From contig OY764159.1 of NCBI GenBank assembly GCA_963668175.1, positions 992,001 through 1,056,000 on the forward strand: DNA of 64,000 nt, read 5' to 3'. The DNA is from Syntrophales bacterium (GTDB lineage: Bacteria > Desulfobacterota > Syntrophia > Syntrophales > PHBD01). Positions within the stretch are counted from its first letter, which is position 1. Each line of letters begins with the position of its first letter. The position numbers were made by a program, and so were the translations under genes. The notes beneath the pieces were generated by a model, which made no database searches, had not been told where the DNA came from, and saw only the letters and a list, made by a program, of their open reading frames with translations. Positions 10,733-20,684 of the stretch are shown one piece after another.

Positions 10733-12430
10733 ATGACTGCACAGAATGACTACTTGAGTAAACCTTGGCTGAAATCGTACGAAAAAGGCGTTCCGGAAAA
10801 AGTCGATTACGAGGAGATATGCCTGCCGGACATACTGGACCGGACAACGGCGCAATTTCCCGACAGGACAGCCTTTATTTTTCAGGGCTATACTATGACC
10901 TTCCGGCAGGTTAAGGACATGGTCGACCGCTTTGCCACCTGCCTGGTCGATTTTGGGGTCAAGCCCGGGGACGCCGTGGCCATCATCCTGCCTAACATGA
11001 TCCCGTGCGTCGTGGCCTATTATGCCATCCTGAAAATAGGGGCCATCGCCGTCATGAACAACCCCCTGTACTCCGATCCCGAACTGGAGCACCAGTTCAA
11101 CGATTCAGGTTCCAAGGTCCTGATAACCCTTGATCTGCTGGGGAACCGCATGATCGATCTCCGTGCCAAAACGAAGATCAACCATATCGTTTATACGTCC
11201 ATCGGGGATTATCTTCCCTTCCCGAAGAATCTTCTCTTTCCCCTGGTGGCCAAGAAGAAGAATTTGGCAAGAGACGTGAAACCGGCCCCGAACGTGTTCA
11301 AATGGAAGGATTGCATTGCCAAATACGGACCGAACCCGCCGAAGGTGAAATGCGATTTCAACGGCGTGGCCATGTACCAGTATACGGGCGGCACAACGGG
11401 AGTCTCGAAGGGGGTTATGCTGTCTCACGCCAATTTAAGCAAGCAGATTCAGCAATGCAAAGTCTGGTTCCCGAAATTTCATGGCACCGAGGAAATCATG
11501 CTGGGCGCCCTCCCGTATTTTCACGTTTTCGGGCTTTCCGTTTCCATGAATCTCGCCATTCTGATGGGATGGACGCAGATTCTTGTGCCGAGACCCCAGG
11601 CGGAACCGCTGCTGGAAACCATCAGGAAGTTCAGACCCACTTTTGCGCCGTTGGTACCTACCATGTATATCGGCATGCTGAACCATCCCGACATCAAGAA
11701 GACGGATATGAGCTGCATCAAAGGGGCCTTCTCGGGCAGCGCCCCGCTTCCCGTGGAAGTGATTCATGAATTCGAAAGAGTGACGGGCGCCGTCATCGTG
11801 GAGGGTTTCGGTATGACGGAAACAACGCCGGTCACACACATCAATCCGTTTGCCGGCGGGGCCAGGAAACCGGGCAGTATCGGCGTCCCCATTTCCGACA
11901 CTAGCTGCCGGATCATCGATCTGGAAACCGGGACAACCGATGTGCCTTATGGCGAACGGGGCGAGCTTATCGTCAAAGGACCTCAAATCATGCTCGGATA
12001 CAAGGGAAAGCCGCAGGAAACGGCCGAAACCTTAAAAGACGGCTGGGTTTATACGGGGGATATCGCGACGATGGATGACGACGGGTACTTCTATATCGTC
12101 GACCGCAAGAAGGACATGATCATCTCCGGCGGCTTTAACGTCTATCCCCGGGACATCGACGAGGTCTATTATCTGCACCCGAAGGTCCAGGAGGTCTGCT
12201 CCATTGGTATTCCCGATCCGAAACGGGGCGAGAACGTCAAGCTGTTCGTCGTTCTAAAGGAAGGAGAAACATCTACTGCCGACGAAATGATCGAGTACGG
12301 CAAGACAAAACTGGCCACGTATAAACTGCCTACAGAAGTGGAGTTCCGCAAAGAGCTGCCCAAGTCGAACGTGGGCAAAATTCTGCGTAAGGAACTGCGG
12401 GCCGAAGAGATGAAGAAGAGGGGCAAGTAA
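10733..12430 (+). CDS. fadD: Long-chain fatty-acid--CoA ligase
   Basis: QYTGGTTGVSKG, EGFGMTE, TGD, DRKKDMI and PKSNVGKILR motifs. Confidence 0.88.
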   Translation: MTAQNDYLSKPWLKSYEKGVPEKVDYEEICLPDILDRTTAQFPDRTAFIFQGYTMTFRQVKDMVDRFATCLVDFGVKPGDAVAIILPNMIPCVVAYYAILKIGAIAVMNNPLYSDPELEHQFNDSGSKVLITLDLLGNRMIDLRAKTKINHIVYTSIGDYLPFPKNLLFPLVAKKKNLARDVKPAPNVFKWKDCIAKYGPNPPKVKCDFNGVAMYQYTGGTTGVSKGVMLSHANLSKQIQQCKVWFPKFHGTEEIMLGALPYFHVFGLSVSMNLAILMGWTQILVPRPQAEPLLETIRKFRPTFAPLVPTMYIGMLNHPDIKKTDMSCIKGAFSGSAPLPVEVIHEFERVTGAVIVEGFGMTETTPVTHINPFAGGARKPGSIGVPISDTSCRIIDLETGTTDVPYGERGELIVKGPQIMLGYKGKPQETAETLKDGWVYTGDIATMDDDGYFYIVDRKKDMIISGGFNVYPRDIDEVYYLHPKVQEVCSIGIPDPKRGENVKLFVVLKEGETSTADEMIEYGKTKLATYKLPTEVEFRKELPKSNVGKILRKELRAEEMKKRGK

Positions 12431-12450
12431 AATCTTCGGCGGTTATCGAT

Positions 12451-12485
12451 AAAAGAAAAGGGCGGGGTGATCCCGCCCTTTTTTC
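12451..12485. terminator. Bidirectional terminator between convergent fadD and apgM
   Basis: AAAAGGGCGGG-GTGAT-CCCGCCCTTTTTT. Confidence 0.8.
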
Positions 12486-13693
12486 TATGCTCCGAATTTT
12501 TCCAATCGGCCGGCATGGGCCAGGGCGACGGCCATCAGATGCCTCATGGGCATGCGCCCCAGTTCGCCGCCTATGCAGTCGCGCTCGCCGAAACGGCTGA
12601 CGCGGTCCGGGCGGCAAGCCTTCGCGGACAGCATAACAGGCACCGGGTGCCAGCTGTGGCCGGCCAGCGCGGCCGGCGTCGAATGATCTCCGGTTACGAC
12701 GAGAACATCGGGTTTCAACGCCATAACACGGGGTATCAGGGTGTCTACTTTTTCGATGACCTTCACTTTCTCGTCGAACTGGCCGTCCTCCCCGCGGGAG
12801 TCGGTGGGTTTGATATGCAGGAAGAAGAAATCGTAACGGTCGAACTGGTCGGCCAGGGCCGCAAATTCTTCCTCGATCGTATTCACGTTGCCGAGGACGG
12901 TCATACCCAGCAATCTCGCGATGCCGCGGTACATGGGATAGGTGGCGATCGCCACCGGATTGAGCTTGAAGCGTTCGTGAAGGCTTGGAAAACGGCGGTA
13001 TTTGGCGTAACCTCTGAGGAGCGGCATATTTGCCTTGGGCTCGTCGGCCAGGATGGCCTTGGCCTGTTCAACCAGTTCCGCCAGGATCGTTTCCGTCGTT
13101 TTGGCCTCCGGGATCAGAGCCCCAGGAAAAATGGGCGGCAAGCCCGTTTTTTGGGGGTCCGTCTCCGCGATTTCGTCGCGGAGCCCTTCTCCCCTCACGA
13201 CGAGCAGGGCCCGGTGCTCTTTCACCGATTCGAAAAGGACTTCGGCCCCGGTCTTCATCTTCAGGTTGCTCTGCAATTTCCGGCATATTCGCTGATTGGT
13301 TTCGCTGTCGATGCGGCCTGCGCGGCGGTCTGTGACGATACCATTCTTGTCGATCGTGGCGAAATTGATCCTGATGAGCAAGTCCCTTTCCGTCATGGGA
13401 TAATCGATTCCGGCGGCTTCCAGAATGCCCCGGCCGACGGAATAGGTTACGGGGTCGTAGCCGAACAGGGCGAAATGGGCGGGGCCGCTGCCGGGCGTGA
13501 TGCCGTAGCCTACCGGGTCCAGGAGCCCGCAAATGCCTCCCTTGGCCAGTTCGTCCAGGTGCGGCGTAGCGGCCGATTCAAGCTCGGTCAGGCCGCTGCC
13601 TGCCGTCGGGAGGCCCCCCAGGCCGTCCATGATCAGGAAGACGATTTTCGTATTGCCGGGCATGGAGAGGGAGTCGGTTAATTCAGAAGGCAC
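12485..13693 (-). CDS. apgM: 2,3-bisphosphoglycerate-independent phosphoglycerate mutase, ApgM (archaeal-type) family
   Basis: MDGLGG, TPGSGPAHFALFGYDP, DRRAGRI, VTGDHSTP, HSWHPVP. Confidence 0.85.
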   Translation of the reverse strand: MPSELTDSLSMPGNTKIVFLIMDGLGGLPTAGSGLTELESAATPHLDELAKGGICGLLDPVGYGITPGSGPAHFALFGYDPVTYSVGRGILEAAGIDYPMTERDLLIRINFATIDKNGIVTDRRAGRIDSETNQRICRKLQSNLKMKTGAEVLFESVKEHRALLVVRGEGLRDEIAETDPQKTGLPPIFPGALIPEAKTTETILAELVEQAKAILADEPKANMPLLRGYAKYRRFPSLHERFKLNPVAIATYPMYRGIARLLGMTVLGNVNTIEEEFAALADQFDRYDFFFLHIKPTDSRGEDGQFDEKVKVIEKVDTLIPRVMALKPDVLVVTGDHSTPAALAGHSWHPVPVMLSAKACRPDRVSRFGERDCIGGELGRMPMRHLMAVALAHAGRLEKFGA

Positions 13694-15080
13694 GTTTCAC
13701 CTCGCCGAAATGCGTCAGCGCCTGTTTGCCGATCGGATAGACGTTGAATCCGATCTCGAAGCATCGCTTGTGGTTGACGATATTGCGGCCGTCGAAAATG
13801 AAGGCCGGCTTAATCATGGAATCGAAAAGCTTTTGATAATCTAGCGTACGGTACAGATCCCACTCCGTCATGACGGCAATGGCGTGGCAGCCTTCCGCCG
13901 CTTTATAGGGATCGTCGATGTATTCGATGTGTCCCTCCAAACCTGCGAGATCCTCCCTGGCGTGAGGCAGGGCTTTCGGATCGGAGATGACGACGTCCGC
14001 TTTTTCCGCCAGGAGCATCCGGGCGATATAGATGGCGGGGCTTTCCCGTGTGTCGCCCGTGTTGGCCTTGAACGCGAAGCCGAAAAGACAAATTCTTTTG
14101 CCGGATAAAGTATCGAACATGGCATGGAGCATATTCATGAGAAAGCGGTTCTGCTGGTATTCGTTCATCCTGACGACGCTTTCCCAATAATCGGCGACTT
14201 CATCGAGCCCGTAATGCTTGCACAGGTAAACGAGGTTCAGAATGTCTTTCTTGAAGCACGAGCCCCCGAATCCGATGCTCGCGTTTAGGAACTTGGGGCC
14301 GACCCGGCTGTCCATGCCTATCGCCCGCGCCACTTCGTAGACGTCCGCCTCTGTCTTTTCGCAGAGGGCCGAGATGGCGTTGATGGACGAGATCCTCTGG
14401 GCGAGGAAGGCGTTGGCGACCAGCTTGGAAAGCTCGCTGCTCCAGATATTGGATGTGAGGATCCTGTCTTTCGGCACCCAGTTGGCGTAAATGTCAACCA
14501 ATACCTGGCGCGCCTTGAGGCCGCTTTCGGTCACTTTCGACCCGATCAGGATGCGGTCCGGATTTTCCAGGTCTTTCATGGCCGATCCCTCTGCCAGGAA
14601 CTCCGGATTGGAGAGGACGTCGAAATGCACGTTGCTGTCCGTGTGGTTCAGGATGTTCTCCAAAGCCTGGGCGGTTCTCACCGGGATCGTGCTCTTTTCG
14701 ATGACGATCTTCGATGATGCAGCGTTCCTGAGAATCTGCCGCGCAGTCTGTTCGAGATACTGTACGTTGGCCGCCATGCCTGAGCCGACGCCGAATGTCT
14801 TGGTGGGCGTATTGACGCAAACGAAGATGATGTCGTTGTCCCGAATGCCGGCGTCAACGTCCGTGCTGAAAAAGAGGTTCTTGCCTCTGGCCTGCATGAC
14901 GATTTCTTCAAGGCCCGGTTCGTAGATGGGAAGCTCCTGCGAATTCCAGGCGGCAATCCTCTCCGGATTGATGTCGACGACGGTCACCCTGTACCGGGGA
15001 CATTGTTTGGCGATCATGGCCATGGTCGGCCCGCCGACATACCCGGCGCCGATACAAAGGATCTTCTTTTCAAAATTCAT
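13683..15080 (-). CDS. ugd: UDP-glucose 6-dehydrogenase
   Basis: CIGAGYVGGPTMA, EKSTIP, SNPEFLAEG, GFGGSCFKKD; start moved to the ATG at 15080. Confidence 0.93.
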   Translation of the reverse strand: MNFEKKILCIGAGYVGGPTMAMIAKQCPRYRVTVVDINPERIAAWNSQELPIYEPGLEEIVMQARGKNLFFSTDVDAGIRDNDIIFVCVNTPTKTFGVGSGMAANVQYLEQTARQILRNAASSKIVIEKSTIPVRTAQALENILNHTDSNVHFDVLSNPEFLAEGSAMKDLENPDRILIGSKVTESGLKARQVLVDIYANWVPKDRILTSNIWSSELSKLVANAFLAQRISSINAISALCEKTEADVYEVARAIGMDSRVGPKFLNASIGFGGSCFKKDILNLVYLCKHYGLDEVADYWESVVRMNEYQQNRFLMNMLHAMFDTLSGKRICLFGFAFKANTGDTRESPAIYIARMLLAEKADVVISDPKALPHAREDLAGLEGHIEYIDDPYKAAEGCHAIAVMTEWDLYRTLDYQKLFDSMIKPAFIFDGRNIVNHKRCFEIGFNVYPIGKQALTHFGEVKRAF

Positions 15081-15177
15081 ATATCCTGCCTCACTTGTTG
15101 CTGATGTTTTCCGGTCTCTGAGCCGGATGCTCTGATGAAATAGTCGATTGCCGTACACGGAGATGCAACGGTATGCC

Positions 15178-16119
15178 TCAGGAACCGTACATCCGTTTGA
15201 AATAGTCGATCGTATTTTTCAATCCCTGCTCGACGCCGATTTGCGGTTTCCAGGCAAGCTTTTCGGCCGCGAGCGATATGTCCGGTCGGCGCTGAACGGG
15301 GTCGTCCTGGGGGATGTCCTTGAAGATGATTTCCGATTGAGCCCCCGTCAGGCGGATGATCATTTCGGCGAGCGCCAGAATCGTGTACTCTTCCGGGTTA
15401 CCGAGATTGAGGGGACCGGTAAAGTTGTCGGCCGTTTCCATCATTGCGATCATGCCCGTAATGAGGTCGTCGACGTAGCAGAATGAACGCGTCTGCGACC
15501 CGTCTCCGTATACGGTTATCGCTTTACCCTTCAGGGCCTGGGTTATAAAATTACTGACGACCCGGCCGTCGTTTTCCGCCATTCGCGGACCGTAGGTATT
15601 GAATATGCGAATAATCTTGATGTTCACGCGATTTTGGCGGTGATAATCCATCATGAGGCATTCCGCCGCCCGCTTGCCTTCATCGTAACAGCTCCTGATG
15701 CCGATGGGGTTCACCTTTCCCCAGTAACTCTCCGTCTGGGGGTGCTCTTCCGGGTTACCGTACACTTCGGACGTCGAGGCCTGCAGGACCTTGGCCTTCA
15801 CCCGCTTGGCGATGCCGAGGGCGTTGATCGTGCCCATGATGTTCGTCTTGATGGTCTTGATCGGATTGTACTGGTAATGGACCGGCGATGCCGGGCAGGC
15901 CAGGTTGTATATTTCGTCCACTTCCAGATAAATGGGGTTGGTGATATCGTGGCGGATGAATTCGAAACGGGGATTCCCCAGGAGGTGAATGATATTGTCT
16001 CTGCTGCCCGTGTAGAGGTTGTCGAGACAAATGATATCGTGGCCGGCGGCAAGCAGGCGTTCGCACAGATGGGAACCCAGGAAGCCCGCTCCACCTGTAA
16101 TCAGGATACGTTTTCTCAT
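15178..16119 (-). CDS. uxs: UDP-glucuronate decarboxylase (UDP-xylose synthase), SDR family
   Basis: [37 protein letters not shown]. Confidence 0.9.
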   Translation of the reverse strand: MRKRILITGGAGFLGSHLCERLLAAGHDIICLDNLYTGSRDNIIHLLGNPRFEFIRHDITNPIYLEVDEIYNLACPASPVHYQYNPIKTIKTNIMGTINALGIAKRVKAKVLQASTSEVYGNPEEHPQTESYWGKVNPIGIRSCYDEGKRAAECLMMDYHRQNRVNIKIIRIFNTYGPRMAENDGRVVSNFITQALKGKAITVYGDGSQTRSFCYVDDLITGMIAMMETADNFTGPLNLGNPEEYTILALAEMIIRLTGAQSEIIFKDIPQDDPVQRRPDISLAAEKLAWKPQIGVEQGLKNTIDYFKRMYGS

Positions 16120-16317
16120 AGACCGTCCATAAAAGCTACGTCACCGGCGGCAACCCGTCTGAAGAATATGAGCAGGCCCGATTTTTTTTACGTGGCATAT
16201 TCCTCCGCGCGCTGTTATAAAACACAAATCTTTTTCTCCTGTCAATAGAAAACGGGAGGGGAGAAACGATTAACATCCGGAAATTTTAATCTTCTAGGCA
16301 CACTTACGGTGTTTGAC

Positions 16318-17172
16318 ATGGAGCCGACGGAAAAACAGAAGAAGGGTATTCTTTACGTCGTTGCGACCCCCATCGGCAATATGGAGGATATAACTTTGCG
16401 CGCCGTCCGGATCCTTGGGGAGGTCGACCTGATAGCCGCCGAGGATACCAGGAGGACGGCCAAACTGCTCGCCGCCCATCGGATCAATACGCCCATGACG
16501 AGCCTGCACGATCAGAACGAACGGCAAAAGAGCCGTACGGTCATCGCCTCCCTCAGGAAAGGTCTGAATGTAGCCTATGTTTCCGATGCCGGTACGCCCG
16601 GCCTGTCCGATCCCGGCTACATCCTCATCAATCAGGCCATTGCCGAAGAAATCCGGGTTGTCCCCATTCCCGGCCCGGCTGCGGTCGTCGCGGCCTTAAG
16701 TGTTTCCGGACTGCCCATGAGCCGTTTCCTTTTCCTCGGGTTTCTGCCGCCGAAAGCGGCCCGTCGGCGGCAACTCCTTTCGGAACTTATCCATGAACCG
16801 GGTACGCTTGTATTCTATGAATCGCCGAACCGCCTGCAGGCCGCCCTGGCGGACGTGAAGGAAGTGATGGGCGATCGTCAAATCGTTGTGCTTCGCGAAT
16901 TGACCAAGATTTATGAGGAGGTTGTGAGGGGAACGGTTTCGGAAGTTGCGGCCGCCTTCGTAGAGAAGATCATCAAAGGGGAAGTGACATTGCTGGTGAG
17001 CGGTTTCAAGGAAGACGATTCAATAATAACGGATGAGACGATCATCGCGAAACTCGAAACGCTTTTTAAGGCGGGAGGGCTTTCGAGAAGGGATGTCGTG
17101 GATCGGGTTGCGGGTGATCTCGATCTGCCCCGCCAAAGGGTATACCGTCTGGCGATAAAGCTTGATTTTTGA
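16318..17172 (+). CDS. rsmI: 16S rRNA C1402 2'-O-methyltransferase
   Basis: LYVVATPIGN, AEDTR, SDAGTPGLSDPG, FYESP, RELTK; start may instead be the GTG at 16309. Confidence 0.95.
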   Translation: MEPTEKQKKGILYVVATPIGNMEDITLRAVRILGEVDLIAAEDTRRTAKLLAAHRINTPMTSLHDQNERQKSRTVIASLRKGLNVAYVSDAGTPGLSDPGYILINQAIAEEIRVVPIPGPAAVVAALSVSGLPMSRFLFLGFLPPKAARRRQLLSELIHEPGTLVFYESPNRLQAALADVKEVMGDRQIVVLRELTKIYEEVVRGTVSEVAAAFVEKIIKGEVTLLVSGFKEDDSIITDETIIAKLETLFKAGGLSRRDVVDRVAGDLDLPRQRVYRLAIKLDF

Positions 17173-17363
17173 AGTGATTTACTGATTTTTATTCCCTTGA
17201 ACTGTTGATATAGATATGATAGCCTGCGCCGCATAAGAAATGTGGCCCCGTGCGGTTAGCAGCATCGGTGAGGAGCCGGTACAGACTGCTGGGAACGGAA
17301 AATAAAACAATCACCGAGGGGCCGTGCGTAACATCATCGACGGTGATCGTCTGTAACGGAGAT

Positions 17364-17735
17364 ATGGAAACGAGCATGACGGTGGAGCAAGACCTATTGG
17401 ACAAGTACGGAGACAGGCAAAGCAAAACCGCGGGCAGAGATGACGGTCCCCGTCCCGATGAAAAGATATATGATCTGGTTGATGTGATCTCCACAGGCAC
17501 GGCCGAAGGCGACGGTGATGCAGGGAGCAGGATCAGTCCCCCGGCCGGGAAGATACATGATCTCGTCGACGTCGTAAAAGACGATTATCTTGTGGTGTCT
17601 TGCGACAAGGAACTCGAGGCGGCTGTCATGAAGAAAGTCTCGGAGATTACGGAACGGATCACCAAGGAACTCGTTCCCGATATCGCGGAACGGGTCATCC
17701 GTGAAGAAATTGAGAAATTAAAGGGCCAGGGCTGA
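17364..17735 (+). CDS. Small acidic protein with a RomR-C/PopZ(DUF2497)-like C-terminal helix
   Basis: Repeated KI(Y/H)DLVDV motif; C-terminus ITERITKELVPDIAERVIREEIEKLK; start at 17364 or 17376. Confidence 0.6.
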   Translation: METSMTVEQDLLDKYGDRQSKTAGRDDGPRPDEKIYDLVDVISTGTAEGDGDAGSRISPPAGKIHDLVDVVKDDYLVVSCDKELEAAVMKKVSEITERITKELVPDIAERVIREEIEKLKGQG

Positions 17736-17738
17736 GGT

Positions 17739-18422
17739 ATGATGAGCCGCAGCGCCCCGGCGCGGATTATGAAGCAGTCACTACTCTCCGCCATCCTGAT
17801 TTCCGGCTTTGTCTTAACGTTTCTTGAAGGGAGCCTTCCGGCGCAAGAGATCGCGGGTAAGGAACTGCTGACAGCAGATGTCGAGGGCACGGCCGTTGTC
17901 CGGAATAACGACCTGGCCAGGGCCAGGGACGAGGCGATCAGGGACGCCCTCCAGAATGCCGTCGATAAAGCCGAGGCCGAATTGTCGGGCAGAGGGCAAA
18001 CAAATAAGCCGAAACGGTTCAGTGCCGAGAAATACGTCCGCAGTTACCGGATTTTAAGCGAAAAGCAGGCAGGCGTCGTTTACAAAGTCGACGTCAGTGC
18101 TGTCGTAGATGCCGCACTCCTCTTTGACGAGACCTATGCCCGCAAGGCGAAGCAGCCGCCGAAAAAGATCACCCTGACCGTACGCGGTATAACAAATTAC
18201 ACGGACTATGGACGCATTAGGGATTATCTCGATTTGCAGGTGAAACATTGCGGCCGGCTGTCCCCGAGAATGATCGCCTGGCAAAGGGTGGACTTCGAAC
18301 TCGATTTATGCGAATCAGCGGAAATCTTTGCAGATGCATTGAGTCGCCGTGCGCCGGTTGCCATGAATACAGGACTTGTTGCCTCTGATACCATAGAGAT
18401 GGACCTTGCGGGTGGAAAATAG
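17739..18422 (+). CDS. Exported protein with an FlgT N-terminal-like domain
   Basis: Signal peptide followed by VEGTAVVRNNDLARARDEAIRDALQNAV; start uncertain. Confidence 0.55.
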   Translation: MMSRSAPARIMKQSLLSAILISGFVLTFLEGSLPAQEIAGKELLTADVEGTAVVRNNDLARARDEAIRDALQNAVDKAEAELSGRGQTNKPKRFSAEKYVRSYRILSEKQAGVVYKVDVSAVVDAALLFDETYARKAKQPPKKITLTVRGITNYTDYGRIRDYLDLQVKHCGRLSPRMIAWQRVDFELDLCESAEIFADALSRRAPVAMNTGLVASDTIEMDLAGGK

Positions 18423-18510
18423 ATCTGCCCGGAAATGGATGGAAGCGGATAAATATGGGAACCGTCATTCAAGTGACGGGGCGTTTAAAAAAACTCCAAT
18501 CGGGTTGTAG

Positions 18511-19086
18511 ATGAAGATCTTTTCTAGTCGCTTCTGTAAATGGGTCATTGTTGCCGCGGGGTTGGTCTTTCTTTTGGCGTGTGCCGGAAAGATTCCCCAT
18601 ATGCTTGTTGCCGACTACGGCAAAAGGGGAATACGGCTCATTGCGGTTATGCCCGTCGTGAATAAATCCCAGGACGAAAAGGCGGCGGCGATGCTCCGGG
18701 ACAAAACCCTGGAGGCCTTGTTTCAGAAGGGATACCCCAAAATTCCTTTCCAGGTCATCGATGAAAAGATTCAGCCGAAAGACATCTCCGATTTGAATAA
18801 GATGCGGGACCTTCTGGGAGTCGATGCCGTAATGCTGATAACCCTGGAACAGAGCTCCCGGTCGATGACCCTGACATATGCCCGGACATATATAGAGGCG
18901 AGTTTTGTGATGCGAAACGCCAAGACCGGCGAAGTTCTGTGGGAAGTGAAATATCATACGGGCGACCGCAATATCGACGTCTCGAAGAAACGGGCGGAAT
19001 TAAAGTCTGTCCAATCATACGAGCCTATGATACAGGAAGTGGTGGACCGCGCCGTTGAGACGCTTCCCGATGGTCCGGATCTGTGA
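18511..19086 (+). CDS. Lipoprotein, DUF799/GNA1162-like
   Basis: Lipobox LLAC; IAVMPVVN; LLGVDAV; AKTGEVLW. Confidence 0.6.
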   Translation: MKIFSSRFCKWVIVAAGLVFLLACAGKIPHMLVADYGKRGIRLIAVMPVVNKSQDEKAAAMLRDKTLEALFQKGYPKIPFQVIDEKIQPKDISDLNKMRDLLGVDAVMLITLEQSSRSMTLTYARTYIEASFVMRNAKTGEVLWEVKYHTGDRNIDVSKKRAELKSVQSYEPMIQEVVDRAVETLPDGPDL

Positions 19087-19142
19087 AGTCCCTGTCGTCG
19101 GCAGCCATAATACATGAAAGTGCATGTCTGAAGGAGGTATTT

Positions 19143-19913
19143 ATGGGAAAGAGAATCCTCACGGTAGCGGTGTTGATATGCTCCTGTCTCCTGATCGCAT
19201 CCCAGGCTGTCGGGGCGGAAAGAGTAATGACATTGAAAATCGGGAAAGGACAGGCCCTGGTCAGCGTCCTTTCCGGTTCAGCCCAGGTCCGCCCTGCGGA
19301 CAAGACGACATGGCGCACCCTGAAGGTCAACGAATACCTGAAGGGCGGTGATGAAGTGACGACCGGATCGAGGTCGCGAATGGAGCTTGTCCTGCCTGAC
19401 AATTCCAGGGTTCGCTTTGCCGACAACAGCCGTTTCAAGGTCGTACAGCTCGATGCGGCGCCCGATTCCCGCAATGTCCGGATCAATGTGGCGGTGGGAA
19501 GGACTTGGGCCAATGTGTCCAGGGCCCTGGGGGGCAAAAGCCGATTTGAACTGTCCTGCGATAATGCCGTGGCCGGTGTCAGGGGCACGATCTATCGAAT
19601 GAACGTGAATGACGACAGCTCGGCGCTCGTAAGAGTTTACGACGGCGAGGTGGCCGTGAGCGGCGGTCAACCCGCGGAAAAAAAGACAGGGGCCAAACCG
19701 CCGGTTCTGGGAGCACCGACCAAGGTGGAAGGGCCCAAGAAAGTGGAGGGACCCAAGAAAATATCGATGGAAGAATGGGTATATCTCGTCCGCTCCATGC
19801 AGCAGATCAGCATTTCCAAGACCGGTGTTCCGGATAAGCCGCGAAGCTTTTCGGAGCAGGAAGACCGCGACGAATGGGTCGACTGGAACCGGGCCAAAGA
19901 CGCAGAATATTAA
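19143..19913 (+). CDS. Exported FecR-domain protein
   Basis: AAGGAGGT SD; signal peptide; GDEVTTG..SR.EL, AVAGVRGTIY, VYDGEVAV; KVEGPK repeats. Confidence 0.75.
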   Translation: MGKRILTVAVLICSCLLIASQAVGAERVMTLKIGKGQALVSVLSGSAQVRPADKTTWRTLKVNEYLKGGDEVTTGSRSRMELVLPDNSRVRFADNSRFKVVQLDAAPDSRNVRINVAVGRTWANVSRALGGKSRFELSCDNAVAGVRGTIYRMNVNDDSSALVRVYDGEVAVSGGQPAEKKTGAKPPVLGAPTKVEGPKKVEGPKKISMEEWVYLVRSMQQISISKTGVPDKPRSFSEQEDRDEWVDWNRAKDAEY

Positions 19914-19939
19914 GAGGTGGATTTGCGCGCGGCATGCTG

Positions 19940-20503
19940 ATGAATATCCCTAATATCCTTACTTTATTAAGGATTATTCTTGTCCCGGTTATCGTCATCC
20001 TCCTTATGGACGGTTCGTTTTGTGTCGCTCTCGTCCTCTTGGTGGTTTCAGGCGTTACGGATGTTCTGGACGGTTTTCTGGCCAGGGTATTGCATCAGCA
20101 GACGGTCCTTGGCGCCTATCTTGATCCTATCGCGGACAAGGCCCTGATGATCAGTTGTTTTGTCACCCTTTCGGTCAAGAAATTCATCCCCGGCTGGCTC
20201 TCGGTCATCGTCATAAGCAGGGACTGTATTATCATGCTTGGCGTATCCGTATTGACAATGCTGTCCGTTCCGTTTAAAATTAAACCCATACTGCTCAGCA
20301 AATTGACGACACTGGTCCAGATCGTCACGATTCTGGCCGTACTCGTCAAAAAGTGCTGGTCGCCGAATATGCAGCAGGCTATACCCCTGGATACCCTCTT
20401 CTTGGTGACGGCCGTCATGACGGTTATTACGGGACTCCATTATATGTCCATAGGGGTCAAATATATCAACCGTGCTTCTCAGCCTCCGGCAAGCGGTGAC
20501 TGA
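19940..20503 (+). CDS. CDP-alcohol phosphatidyltransferase (PgsA-like)
   Basis: MNIPNILTLLR and DVLDGFLAR...GAYLDPIADK motif. Confidence 0.88.
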   Translation: MNIPNILTLLRIILVPVIVILLMDGSFCVALVLLVVSGVTDVLDGFLARVLHQQTVLGAYLDPIADKALMISCFVTLSVKKFIPGWLSVIVISRDCIIMLGVSVLTMLSVPFKIKPILLSKLTTLVQIVTILAVLVKKCWSPNMQQAIPLDTLFLVTAVMTVITGLHYMSIGVKYINRASQPPASGD

Positions 20504-20625
20504 ACGATGTTGCCGGACCGGCTTGGGAAATCCCCGCAGGGCGGGCCTTCGGGGCAAGCTGCGGGAGAATGGCCGGCGGGACGGTACTTCCGGCGGCGCT
20601 TTTTGAAATAGAGTTAATATTTGCC

Positions 20626-20654
20626 TTGACATAGCGGTATTTTGCTGTTACAAG
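20626..20654 (+). promoter_or_regulatory. Sigma70 promoter for tRNA-Val/thrS
   Basis: TTGACA-17 nt-TACAAG. Confidence 0.5.
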
Positions 20655-20684
20655 GGAGCGCTTTCCTAGGGAAGTTAGTCATAT

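Noticed and set aside
17173..17360. Possible RNase P RNA after rsmI
   Set aside because: Too short and lacks the GAGGAAAGTCC and AACAGAA..CGGC signature motifs.
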